NCBI GenBank assembly: GCA_963709585.1
Contig: CAVPXI010000016.1
Coordinates: 133,063-197,062, forward strand
Origin: Candidatus Dormiibacterota bacterium
Lineage (GTDB): Bacteria > Chloroflexota > Dormibacteria > Aeolococcales > Aeolococcaceae
Direction: 5' to 3'
DNA: 64,000 bases
The notes under the pieces are model-generated. The model was not told where the DNA came from, made no database searches, and saw nothing but the letters and a program-made list of their open reading frames with translations. Made by a program: the position numbers and the translations under genes. Below are positions 39,663 through 48,932 of the stretch, one piece after another. The stretch's first letter is position 1. The number at the start of each line of letters is the position of its first letter.

Positions 39663-40199
39663 ATGTTGCGACGTCAGGGAAGTGGGATTGGTACGTCGTG
39701 CGTGGCGATCGCGTCGGCCTGCGCCAGCATGTTCTTCGTGGCGTGCTCGAGCGCGCATGCGATTTCGAGTCGTGCTCCAACGCCGAGACCCGTGACCACC
39801 TTGACGCCGGCGACGGCGAGCGTCGCGACCTGGATCCAGCCCGACTGCACGACGACCCGCTTTGCCCCATCTGACGTCGGCTTTCCTGAGGCGGCGGGAA
39901 TCGCTCCGTCGCCGAATCAGTTCTCGTCGCTGGTGTTCGGCAGCGTCCCTGTTCCTCGAGGTCAGGACGTCAAGATCGCCTACCGGATGACCGGAAGCGG
40001 CGCACTCCTACTCGTGGCCGATGGACCGGCTCACCTGCACGTCTCTCCTGATTGGCAAGAGGTGCACGGAACATCGAACTGGACGGCCCACCCTGGAGAT
40101 GAGTGGGGTGCAGGTTTCACGTTCAGCCGCGCCGGGTGCCGGGAGATCGTTGCCGTCCGGGGCACGCTGGTGGCACGCGTCGGCATCCCCGTCCGGTAA
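39663..40199 (+). CDS. Hypothetical lipoprotein
   Basis: Lipobox-like FVAC, Pro/Thr linker, beta-rich domain WGAGFTFSRAGC. Confidence 0.65.
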   Translation: MLRRQGSGIGTSCVAIASACASMFFVACSSAHAISSRAPTPRPVTTLTPATASVATWIQPDCTTTRFAPSDVGFPEAAGIAPSPNQFSSLVFGSVPVPRGQDVKIAYRMTGSGALLLVADGPAHLHVSPDWQEVHGTSNWTAHPGDEWGAGFTFSRAGCREIVAVRGTLVARVGIPVR

Positions 40200-40230
40200 T
40201 CGGCATGGGGAGCCCGAAAGCGCAGCGCTG

Positions 40231-41400
40231 TTAGGCGACTCCGCTGAGGTGACCGTTCTTCTCAGCGGCAACGCCGACCTGGCGGCGGTCCGGGAAGATC
40301 TGCGCGAGGCGCGGCGGAAGCGGAATGCCCATGTCGAACAGCCTGTCGATGATCCGCGGCCGGATACCCGTCGGTTCAAACTCGCCGATGATCTTTCCGG
40401 TCGACGGATCGGCGCCGCGCGACTTGAACTTGAAGATCTCCTGCACGGTGATCATCTCGCCCTCCATCCCGATGATCTCGGTCACCGAGACGACCTTGCG
40501 CGAGCCATCCTTGAGGCGGCTCAGCTGGATGATCAGGTCGATCGCGCCGGCGATCTGCTGACGGATTGCCTTGAGGGGCAGATCGAGACCGGCCATGAGC
40601 ACCAACGTCTCGAGCCTCGACAGAGTCTCGCGTGGGCTGTTCGCATGGATCGTGGTCAGGGATCCGTCGTGACCCGTGTTCATCGCCTGGAGCATGTCGA
40701 GCGCTTCGCCGCCACGGCACTCACCGACGACGATGCGATCAGGCCGCATACGCAGCGAGTTGATGACCAGCTCGCGGATCGCGATCTTACCCTCGCCGTT
40801 GACATCGGCGGGACGAGCCTCGAGACGGCACACGTGCTCCTGGTGGAGCTGCAGCTCGGCGGCATCCTCGATGGTGACGATGCGCTCGTCGATGGGGATG
40901 AAGCCCGAGCACACATTGAGGAGCGTCGTCTTGCCGGTGCCGGTTCCACCCGATACGAGGATGTTGGCTCGCGCCAGAACGCATGCCTGGATGAAGGCCG
41001 CGGATTCCTGGGTGAGTGTGCCGAACCCGACGAGGTCGGAGACCTGGTACGGGTCCTTGCTGAACTTTCGAATCGTGAGGATCGGGCCGTCGAGCGCGAC
41101 CGGGGGAATCGCGGCGTTGACGCGGGATCCGTCGAGCAGGCGCGCGTCCATAAGTGGGGTCCGCGTGTCGATGCGGCGGCCGACCGCGGCGCCGATCGTG
41201 TCGATCACCCGCATCAGGTGGGCCTCGTCGTCGAACCGGATGTCGGTGAGGAGGATCTTGCCCTTGCGTTCCACGTAGACCATGTCCGGTCCGTTGACCA
41301 TGATCTCGGTCAGGCTGTCGTCATCGACAAGTGGCCGCAGCGGGCCGAGAGCCTCGAGGTACCGAGTGTCGAGCTTCTGCGAGACGGCTGCCATGCTCAC
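40231..41400 (-). CDS. cpaF: CpaF/TadA pilus ATPase 2 (short form)
   Basis: LGPLRPL, DARLLDGSRVN, GGTGTGKTT, TIEDAAEL, LRMRPDRIVVGECRG, AMNTGHDG; AAGGAG RBS. Confidence 0.96.
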   Translation of the reverse strand: MSMAAVSQKLDTRYLEALGPLRPLVDDDSLTEIMVNGPDMVYVERKGKILLTDIRFDDEAHLMRVIDTIGAAVGRRIDTRTPLMDARLLDGSRVNAAIPPVALDGPILTIRKFSKDPYQVSDLVGFGTLTQESAAFIQACVLARANILVSGGTGTGKTTLLNVCSGFIPIDERIVTIEDAAELQLHQEHVCRLEARPADVNGEGKIAIRELVINSLRMRPDRIVVGECRGGEALDMLQAMNTGHDGSLTTIHANSPRETLSRLETLVLMAGLDLPLKAIRQQIAGAIDLIIQLSRLKDGSRKVVSVTEIIGMEGEMITVQEIFKFKSRGADPSTGKIIGEFEPTGIRPRIIDRLFDMGIPLPPRLAQIFPDRRQVGVAAEKNGHLSGVA

Positions 41401-41561
41401 GTGAAGATGCTCCTTGGTGTTCTGACGGAAGGCGGTTCCGCGCCAATTGTGGGCGCGCCGGGGCTGCGTTCCGACCAGAGCAACCGGTTCGATACACGTT
41501 CGATTCCGGCAGCGTTCCAGACATCCACGACTCGTTAAACTCGCCCGGGTACGATCAGGTC

Positions 41562-42083
41562 GTGGTGATGAGTACGGGGACGGTGGCGGTGGCCGGACGG
41601 GCTTCGACCGAGGACGACGAGTGGTTCGGGGAGGGGAGCGCCTTCGACTCCGGCGAGGATCTGGCCGCCGCCCTCTTCGCGCTTGCCGGCGCGACGCCCA
41701 ACGGCGTGAACTCTCCGGCTGAGATCATCCGCCCCGCGCCCGCACCCGCCCCCACCGCCAACCCCGTGTTCGTGGAGGTGCAACGGCGGGCAGACTTCGA
41801 GGGAGCCCGGCGCCCGGGATCCTCGAACGGGCCCGCGGCGAGAAGCACGAGCGTCGCGGCGGCGAGTTGGTCGGTCCGCTCCCCGGGTGAGCACCTGCTT
41901 CCGCCGAAGGTCGCGGGCCGGACTGGGTGGACGATTCGCAACAGCGTGGCGGTGCTGCATCGAACCGAGGACGCGATCGCGCGTCTTCGCGAGGAGGCGG
42001 TCGCCATGGCATTCCTCGCCGCCGCCGAAGCATGTGGCCGGGGACGTCCTGCCTCGCTCGAGCGGCGACGCCACCCGAGGTAG
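41562..42083 (+). CDS. Hypothetical protein
   Basis: TACGAT lies 6 nt before GTG 41562. Acidic N-terminus, no recognised domain. Confidence 0.5.
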   Translation: MVMSTGTVAVAGRASTEDDEWFGEGSAFDSGEDLAAALFALAGATPNGVNSPAEIIRPAPAPAPTANPVFVEVQRRADFEGARRPGSSNGPAARSTSVAAASWSVRSPGEHLLPPKVAGRTGWTIRNSVAVLHRTEDAIARLREEAVAMAFLAAAEACGRGRPASLERRRHPR

Positions 42084-42089
42084 GGACGC

Positions 42090-42527
42090 TCAGCGTTCGT
42101 ACTGGCGAAGTCGCTCCTCGACCTGCGCGCTGGTGAGCGACGTGGTACCGCCGGATCCGCTCCCGGTGGTGAGGCTCGCCGGAGCCGCACGCCGGGCGGC
42201 GGCGGATACCCTGGCGGGGGTCGACGGTGGATCCTCGGTCGTATCCGTCCCCTCGAGCTCGCGTCGCCGCATCATCGCGTAGACGTTATCGAGGGTGGGA
42301 GCGTGGCCCTGACGGAGGAGCGCCAGCACCGCTTCGGGGTCGATCGCGCCTGGGGCCGCCAGAGCCGCCGCTCGCGCGGATTCGAGTGCCGCCGCCTGAG
42401 CCGCCTTCATCTCGTGCCGCGCGTGACGCGCTGCGCGCAGCAGCGACAGACAGATGAGGCCTTCGACCACTGCGAGCGCGGCCAGGATCAGCACCGAATG
42501 ATCCTGGACCCAGCTCGCCACGGTCAT
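42090..42527 (-). CDS. Hypothetical single-pass membrane protein
   Basis: N-terminal TM; ATGA overlap with the upstream gene. Confidence 0.7.
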   Translation of the reverse strand: MTVASWVQDHSVLILAALAVVEGLICLSLLRAARHARHEMKAAQAAALESARAAALAAPGAIDPEAVLALLRQGHAPTLDNVYAMMRRRELEGTDTTEDPPSTPARVSAAARRAAPASLTTGSGSGGTTSLTSAQVEERLRQYER

Positions 42528-44691
42528 GCCCCGGACAACCGCTCGGCAGCCTGCTGGTGCATCTCGCGAGCCATCGCCTGGATCGACGCCGGATCCTGAC
42601 CTTCGAGGTGCAGCCCGCGGATGGTGTCGATCGCCGCGACGAAGTCATCGATCGTTGATCGGGTGCTGCTCGAGCAGCTCGGTCACCTGCACCGCGTTGG
42701 TCTCTCCGAGCCACACGACGCCGATCTGGACCAGCTCTTCGCGCACCTCGTCGAAGTCCACGTATTTCGAGCCGACAGGCTCGTCGCGATGGAAGAATTC
42801 GGGGTCCGTGCCGTCCTCGTGGGCGGGTGGGGTGTCCTCATGCGTCGACGCTGCCACGACGGCCGGCTCGATGTCGGTGGCATCGAGTTCGGCGAGTGGC
42901 CAGTCCCAGGGGCCCGGAGTTCGGAAGATCGGCTCGGGATCGCCGGCACCAGTGACTGGCTCGGCCTCGGGTTGAGGCACCTCCGGCATCGTCTCGTCGT
43001 CTGTACGGTCCGCGACGTCAGGCTCCGATGTGCCACCGGTCACCGCTGCGGGTTCGGCGGCACCATCGTCCACGACGTCGTCGAGCCACGAGCCGGAAAG
43101 CCATGTATCCGAGGCCGGCTCGGACATCGGCTCGGGAGCGATCTCATCCGGCGAGACGCCGTCGAACGCGGGACTTTCCTCATGCGTCGCAGCCGTTTCA
43201 TCGTCATCGCCACCTGGCGACTCCTCGTGTATCGACTCGGGTGCGGGCGCTGCATCGAGCGCAGGCGTGGATACCATTGCGTCATCGACGACGGGCGCGT
43301 CATCCGCCTCGACGCGGTGCTGGTGCCACGCCGGCTGCAGGGTCGGCATTCGGCTGGCGTACACTCCACCCCGCGGTCGCGGCGGCGGCGTCAGCCTCGC
43401 TCAGCGTGACAGCAGTCTCATCGGCCGGTTGCGTGTCGGGGTGAGATCGCCGAGATCTGCCGAATCCCCAGCGCGATCGCCTGGCCTTGCGGGGACGTTC
43501 GACTGGTTCGGAGACAGGCGGGGGAGGCGGTGGCGGGTCATTCTCGCCGGCCGGGACGGCCTCGTCCTGTGGCGGTGGCGGTGGCGCCGCGAACGCTTCG
43601 ACGGCCATTTCGTCCGTGAGCGGAGGGGCGTCGGCTTCGTCGCCGGCACCATCCGCTACAGGAGGCGATTCCGACCGCACGACCTCGAAAAAGTCATATG
43701 CGCTCGCCGGCTGTGGCGTCGCGTCCACCGCGAGCGGGCGAGGCTTGCGTTCCATCACCGTGAGCCGCCCTCGCGCCTGCGAGAGCAGCGAGCGCAGTCG
43801 CTCAGGTGATGCCACGGCGGATCGCTGCGTCTCCGAGTAGACGGCCACCAGCCCTCCGCGGCTGAACAGCGCGATGCCGCGTACCGGGGCGTCGATCACG
43901 AGCACGCGATCGAGGCCGTCGGCGTGGAACGCCGCCAGCATCGACGCTGGGTCGAGCCACGTCAGATCGATCCCGCGAATCGCCAGCGGCAGCCGCCAGA
44001 TCATGGTCAGCGCCTCTGCCACTCTGGGGTCGTCGAGGGCGTACCCGGCCAGCGAGCCTTTGGTCGCACCCAGCAAGGCCATTCCCGCGGTCTCGCCACA
44101 CGCGTGGTCGTCGGCATCGATCCAGACGGCGTCGATCAGATCGCCACCGCTCACGACCGCTGCGGCGCGCAGCTTCGCGCCGGTGAGGACCACGATGGAG
44201 GGCGGCAGCTCGGCGAGACGCTCGGCAAGATGCACCTCGTCGGGTGACGCCTCGACCCACAGCGGACGTCCGCCGGGCAGCAATGGGAAGTCCGAGAGAC
44301 CGAACGGAAGGTCCGGCGAGTTGTCGATGGCGCTCCACCACTCGGGACTCTCGTCGGCGACCGGGTCGTCGGCATACGAGCCGGCAAGGCGCACAAACGG
44401 TCCGGCGAGCTCGTCGATGGTGATCGAGAGGGTCTCGCGCGGCGACATCGCACGCCGCCAGTCGGAGACGACGAAGACCTTCGGGAGCTCCGCAAGCAGC
44501 GCGTCGATCGCTGCTTCCCCTTCGATCTGTGCTTGATCCATTTCGAACACGGCATGGCTTGGCCGTCCGAACACGAGGTACAGCGTCGCTCTGGCGCCGT
44601 CCCAGGAAACGTCGAACGCGCCGCTCAGATAATCGTCTTTGGCGCTGGCAAGCTGTCGCAGTAGCTTGACATGGGGCGCCGCGGTGGCCAT
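42524..44691 (-). CDS. Triple PATAN/DUF4388-like domain protein with acidic linker and helical C-domain (frame breaks near 43315 and 42660; may be two genes)
   Basis: LLRQL..SGAFDV..ATLYLVFGRPSHA..EGEAAIDAL plus two degenerate copies. C-terminus EVREELVQIGVVWLGE...IDDFVAAIDTIRGL...MAREM ends in TGA overlapping the next ATG. Confidence 0.65.
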
Positions 44692-44698
44692 GTGCGGA

Positions 44699-44705
44699 TA
44701 TTCTA
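44699..44705. promoter_or_regulatory. Overlapping bidirectional -10 elements (TATTCT on +, TAGAAT on -)
   Basis: Only 19 bp separate the divergent starts ATG 44691 and GTG 44711. Confidence 0.65.
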
Positions 44706-44710
44706 CGGTC

Positions 44711-45493
44711 GTGCCCGCAGAAGTAATCACGATCGCGTCGCTAAAAGGTGGTGTCGGAAAGACAACCAGCAGTTATGCGCTGTGCGCTGCCGCCGCCGCA
44801 GGTGGTCTCAAAGTCATCGCAATCGACCTCGACCCGACCGGCGGATTGAGCAATGCACTGGAGCGGGCCAAACGCAGCGTTACGGTCATCGACGTCCTGC
44901 ACGGGCGGGTCACACTTCGAGACGCGCTCATCGATCATCCGCTGGGTATCCGCACGGTCGCGTCGCATCGAAGCCTCAATGACGAGTCGCCTTCGAAGGA
45001 ACAGCTCGACGAGATGCTCCTCGATGTTCGTGACGACTGCGACATCATCCTGCTCGATACGCACCCACACGAGCCGTCCCTGGTGGGACCGATGGGAGCC
45101 GCCGACCGGATCGTGATTCCGACGGCGCTGGACATCCTCTCGTTGCGCGCGGCAGCGCTGACCGTCGGGCTCGCCCAGCAGATCGAGGTGCTCGACCGGA
45201 TTCGCGGCATTGTTGTCACGAACGCGAAACGACCATTGTCGAGGATCACCAACTCGCTGCTCAACGGGCTCACCCTGAGCGGGCTCGCGTTCGAGACCGT
45301 GCTCTGGTACTCCCCGGGGTGGGTCGTGGCCACCTCCGGCCGTGGGGAGCTGCCGGACCAGGAACTGCTCAGCGACAGCAAGATGCTCCTGCGCGAGGTC
45401 GCCACGCGTCCTTCGCCGACCGAGGCCCTCCGTCAGTTCGTCGGGATGGCGCAGGGGAGAAGGCCGAAACCGGCCGGCGCGGTCACTCCTTGA
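44711..45493 (+). CDS. ParA/Soj family ATPase (orphan, divergent)
   Basis: [28 protein letters not shown]. Confidence 0.87.
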   Translation: MPAEVITIASLKGGVGKTTSSYALCAAAAAGGLKVIAIDLDPTGGLSNALERAKRSVTVIDVLHGRVTLRDALIDHPLGIRTVASHRSLNDESPSKEQLDEMLLDVRDDCDIILLDTHPHEPSLVGPMGAADRIVIPTALDILSLRAAALTVGLAQQIEVLDRIRGIVVTNAKRPLSRITNSLLNGLTLSGLAFETVLWYSPGWVVATSGRGELPDQELLSDSKMLLREVATRPSPTEALRQFVGMAQGRRPKPAGAVTP

Positions 45494-46022
45494 TCCGCTG
45501 CCACCAGCTCTTGCGCCGCCGCTTGGGGGCGGGCACCTTGGGGGGAACGGCCGCGCCCGCAGCCGGTACGCGTTGGATACCAGGCTGTGCGGGCTTCGAC
45601 GGCGAGGAGACAGGCGTGGCCGGGAAGGCAGGCAGAGGCGGAATCCTGGGCGGCGCTGCGGGCCGCTGACCCGCGCCGGACGGCACTCGCGACCGCTCCA
45701 GGGCAAGCGCTCGCTCGGCGGCAAGGCGCGCGCTCTCGGCCGCGGAGCGAGCCAACTCCGCGGCAATGCGCGCTTCCTCGGCGAGATCGATGCGGCGGAG
45801 GAGCGCCGATCGCTCGCCCTCGAGTGTCGTGACCCGCTGGGTCAGGGTGGAGATCTCCTCGAGGTAGGTCGATCCTGAATCGACCATCGGAAGGCTGACG
45901 TCGTCTTCCTCGGGATCCTGGACGCCGGACTTCAAGCTGGCCGCCTGCCGGTCGACGAGGGCATCGAGAAATGCCCATTGCTGGCGGAGCTCTTCCTCGG
46001 AGTGACGCGGGACAGCGCTCAC
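45483..46022 (-). CDS. Coiled-coil protein with C-terminal amphipathic tail
   Basis: Heptads LEEISTLTQRVTTLEGERSALLRRIDL, Pro-rich linker, RRRKSWWQRIKE. 4-nt overlap with the parB-like gene. Confidence 0.72.
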   Translation of the reverse strand: MSAVPRHSEEELRQQWAFLDALVDRQAASLKSGVQDPEEDDVSLPMVDSGSTYLEEISTLTQRVTTLEGERSALLRRIDLAEEARIAAELARSAAESARLAAERALALERSRVPSGAGQRPAAPPRIPPLPAFPATPVSSPSKPAQPGIQRVPAAGAAVPPKVPAPKRRRKSWWQRIKE

Positions 46023-46696
46023 CGCACCAGGGCGACCAGGCTCACCCCATCGAGGGCGGCGAGCGCGGTGGTCAGCGCCTCCGGCGCCATCAGCGGGAGA
46101 ACTTCAGCGCGGGGAAGCTCGAACGCGATGTCGGCGGCAAAACGGCGCGGCCGCGAGAGCGGATCGGGACGGAGTACGAACGCGGGCGCATTCGCCCTCG
46201 CCGTGACCAGCGCCGGCGCGTGCGACGGTTGGTCGGCGAGGACGCGCGTCTCGTCCTGGGTGAACCCGGCAGCCAGGAGGCGCTCGCTCAGAGCCGTGCG
46301 ATCACCGGTGTGCTGGCGGCGCTCGACCGTGGTCCAGGCTGCGACGAGCAGGGCCTCCCGCTCCGAAAGCTCACGCACGATCGCGGGAACGTGCGTCTGG
46401 CCGAGCTCGCGGGCCGCGCGAAGGCGCCGCGAACCGCACACCACCTCGAACCGGTCGACGCCGCGCCGGCGGAGGAGGAGGGGTTCGATGATGCCTCGCG
46501 AGGCGATGCTCGCTCGCAGCGCGGCGAGCGTCACCGCATCGACATCGCTGCCCGGCCACCAGGGGCGGTCATGGACGGCATCGATCGCAATCCGCTCGAC
46601 ACGCGATTCGGACGTGGGCGCCAGCCAGCGCGCCATCGGACCCGAGAGTGGCGGTCCGTTGGCGGTCTGATGGGATCGCTCGCTGGTCTCAGTCAC
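46019..46696 (-). CDS. ParB N-terminal (ParBc)-like protein, degenerate, no evident HTH
   Basis: [44 protein letters not shown]. Confidence 0.82.
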   Translation of the reverse strand: MTETSERSHQTANGPPLSGPMARWLAPTSESRVERIAIDAVHDRPWWPGSDVDAVTLAALRASIASRGIIEPLLLRRRGVDRFEVVCGSRRLRAARELGQTHVPAIVRELSEREALLVAAWTTVERRQHTGDRTALSERLLAAGFTQDETRVLADQPSHAPALVTARANAPAFVLRPDPLSRPRRFAADIAFELPRAEVLPLMAPEALTTALAALDGVSLVALVR

Positions 46697-47471
46697 CGGC
46701 TTCCACCTCGTCGCCGGCGATCTCGCCCGCCAGCTCGCGGTATGCCGCTGCGGCCTTGGAGGATGACGCGTAGGCGGTGATCGGAATCCCGGCGAGTGAC
46801 GTCTCCTGCAACTTCACCGTCGGAGTGATCACGGTTGCGAACACGCGGATGTTGGCAAGCTCGCACAGCCCGTCAAGGAGCTGGCGGCTGAAGCGGGTAC
46901 GGAGGTTCACGAACGTGGGCACGATCCCGAGGATGGCGAGATCCGGGTTGAGGCGTCCTCGCACCAGGTGGACGGTGCGCAGCACCTCCTTGAGGCCGCG
47001 GATGGCGAACCCCGACATCTGCACGGGGATGAGCACCTCCCCAGCTGCGGCAAGTGCGCTGATGGTCTGGAAGCCGAAGCTGGGCGGGGTGTCGAAGAGC
47101 ACGTAGTCGAAGCTGGCCCGAGCCTCATCCCGGCGAAGCGCGTCACGAAGTGCGAGCTCCTTGTCGATCGACGACCTCAGCTCGCCCTCCACCGCGGACA
47201 GGTCCGGCGACGCCGGCAGGACCCAGAGGTTCGGCCAGCTTGTCTCGGAGATCGCGGTCGCAGCCTCCGCGTGACCGCCGATCACGGCGGCGACCCCGGG
47301 TCGCTCGTCATACGGATCGAGGCCCACGCCGCTGGTCAGGTTCGACTGCGGGTCGCAGTCGACGAGGAGCACGCGCTTACCTCGCTCGGCGAGCGCGGCG
47401 CCGAGGTTGATGACGGTCGTCGTCTTGCCGACGCCGCCCTTGCCGGAAACGCATGCAATGGATACGGTCAC
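46689..47471 (-). CDS. parA: ParA/Soj family ATPase
   Basis: [42 protein letters not shown]. Confidence 0.92.
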   Translation of the reverse strand: MTVSIACVSGKGGVGKTTTVINLGAALAERGKRVLLVDCDPQSNLTSGVGLDPYDERPGVAAVIGGHAEAATAISETSWPNLWVLPASPDLSAVEGELRSSIDKELALRDALRRDEARASFDYVLFDTPPSFGFQTISALAAAGEVLIPVQMSGFAIRGLKEVLRTVHLVRGRLNPDLAILGIVPTFVNLRTRFSRQLLDGLCELANIRVFATVITPTVKLQETSLAGIPITAYASSSKAAAAYRELAGEIAGDEVEAGD

Positions 47472-47620
47472 CTGAAACCTGCACGATAGCTTGCACTGCC
47501 GCTCCCCGGCCATCGCGGATCCAGTCGGGTGAGGGATCGGAAGACACGATGGCGCTCTGTAACCCGCGCGTCACGCGCGATCCGAGCTCCTCGCACAGAA
47601 CGCGTCAATACTTGCAAACG

Positions 47621-47992
47621 ATGATGAATGCACAGAGTGCAGGGCATCACGGAGAGGTGGAGCGTTTCCAATTGCGGCGGGGGGAGATGTACCGAGTCTC
47701 GTACACCGTGAGAACCCCACAGCAGCGGCAAGTCACCCGGAGCCTCGCGGTCTATTCGGGATGCGCGAAACGGCGGCTGTGGGATGGCCGTGAGGCGGTG
47801 TGCTACGAGTTCCAGCGACCCCACGGACGACCGCTGTCGCTGCTCCGAAGCCAAATCGTCGAGGCCCGCCCGGCAACGCTGAACGATCGCGGTCAACTCG
47901 TGCTCGTCGAGGAGCCCGGACCGCGCCGGGCGCTGTCGCGCAGCCTGGCCACCCGGAACGCATGGTCGCCACCGCCCTGGTCAGCTGGCTAG
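47621..47992 (+). CDS. Hypothetical basic protein
   Basis: Open frame LRRGEMYRVSY..., beta-rich, divergent from parA. Confidence 0.55.
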   Translation: MMNAQSAGHHGEVERFQLRRGEMYRVSYTVRTPQQRQVTRSLAVYSGCAKRRLWDGREAVCYEFQRPHGRPLSLLRSQIVEARPATLNDRGQLVLVEEPGPRRALSRSLATRNAWSPPPWSAG

Positions 47993-48793
47993 GCCGGTCT
48001 CGTCGCTCCCGGTCACCGTGCGCGACAGCCGCTCGTTGAGTCCGCGCCGCTCGAATCGGTAGCCGATGCCCGGAACCGCGTGGATGTACGTCGGTCTGGG
48101 ACCGGTCGGCTCGATCTTGCGTCGGAGCCGGTAGACGTGGGCATCGACGCTCCGCAGATCGAGGTCCGCTCCCTGGCCCCAGACTTTCTGGATCATCTCA
48201 GAGCGCGAGATCACCCGTCCCGGCGATGCTGAGAGCAGGGCGAGCAGGTCGAACTCGGTGGGGGTCAGGTTGACCAACTCGCCATCGCGGAGGACCTCAT
48301 GGCGTCCGATGTCGACGATGAGCCCGGGGAACTTGAGGCGCCCCGGGCGCACCTGCGACTGTGTGGTCCGCTGGCGGCGCAACTTGGCGTTGACCCGCGC
48401 CGCAAGCTCGCGGATCTCGAAGGGTTTGGCGATGTAGTCGTCGGCGCCGATCTCGAGCGCCACCACCACGTCGACGGTGTCGGTGCTCGCTGACAGGATG
48501 ATGATCGGGACCTCGACCCCGGCGCCGCGGAGCCGCCGGCAGACGTCCAGACCGGGCATGCCCGGCAGGCTCAGGTCGAGGAGGATGAGGTCGACGTCGC
48601 TCTGCTCGGCGAGGCGCAGTCCCTCGGCGCCATCCTCCGCGAACTGCAGTCCGAAGCCGTGCTGCTGCGCGACGGTGGCGAGGATGTCCCGCATTGCCGG
48701 GTCATCGTCGATCACGAGCACGGTCGCCTCCGCCGGGGCACGGACGATTCCGTGACCCAGCGGCGCGAGGATCGATTCTGTGAATGTTGTCAT
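47981..48793 (-). CDS. OmpR/PhoB family response regulator
   Basis: VIDDD, LLDLSLP, GADDYIAKPF, LTPTEFDLL, RSVDAHVYRLRRKIE, GIGYRF. Confidence 0.95.
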   Translation of the reverse strand: MTTFTESILAPLGHGIVRAPAEATVLVIDDDPAMRDILATVAQQHGFGLQFAEDGAEGLRLAEQSDVDLILLDLSLPGMPGLDVCRRLRGAGVEVPIIILSASTDTVDVVVALEIGADDYIAKPFEIRELAARVNAKLRRQRTTQSQVRPGRLKFPGLIVDIGRHEVLRDGELVNLTPTEFDLLALLSASPGRVISRSEMIQKVWGQGADLDLRSVDAHVYRLRRKIEPTGPRPTYIHAVPGIGYRFERRGLNERLSRTVTGSDETGLAS

Positions 48794-48932
48794 CGGTTCC
48801 TCAACTCGGGTCGACCGCGCCAAACGTGCCCACCGGCGCAACGTAGCACCGCGGGCGCGGCCCGTTCACGGCGGTTACGGACGCGTTGCCCGTCTTTACG
48901 CGTCTGCAACCGCATGGTGGTGCTCGGCCGCA

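Noticed and set aside
41485-41503. LexA box (CGATACACGTTCG)
   Set aside because: Spacer and half-site do not fit GAAC-N4-GTTC.
43348-43363. Fifth copy of the Crp-type box (TGTACGCCAGCCGAAT on the minus strand)
   Set aside because: It lies in apparent coding sequence with a poor right half, so it was not counted. It would matter only if 42524-43364 is a separate gene.
45483-47471. Plasmid, prophage or oriC-linked parABS
   Set aside because: No rep, phage or dnaA genes, no parS noticed, and ParB is degenerate.
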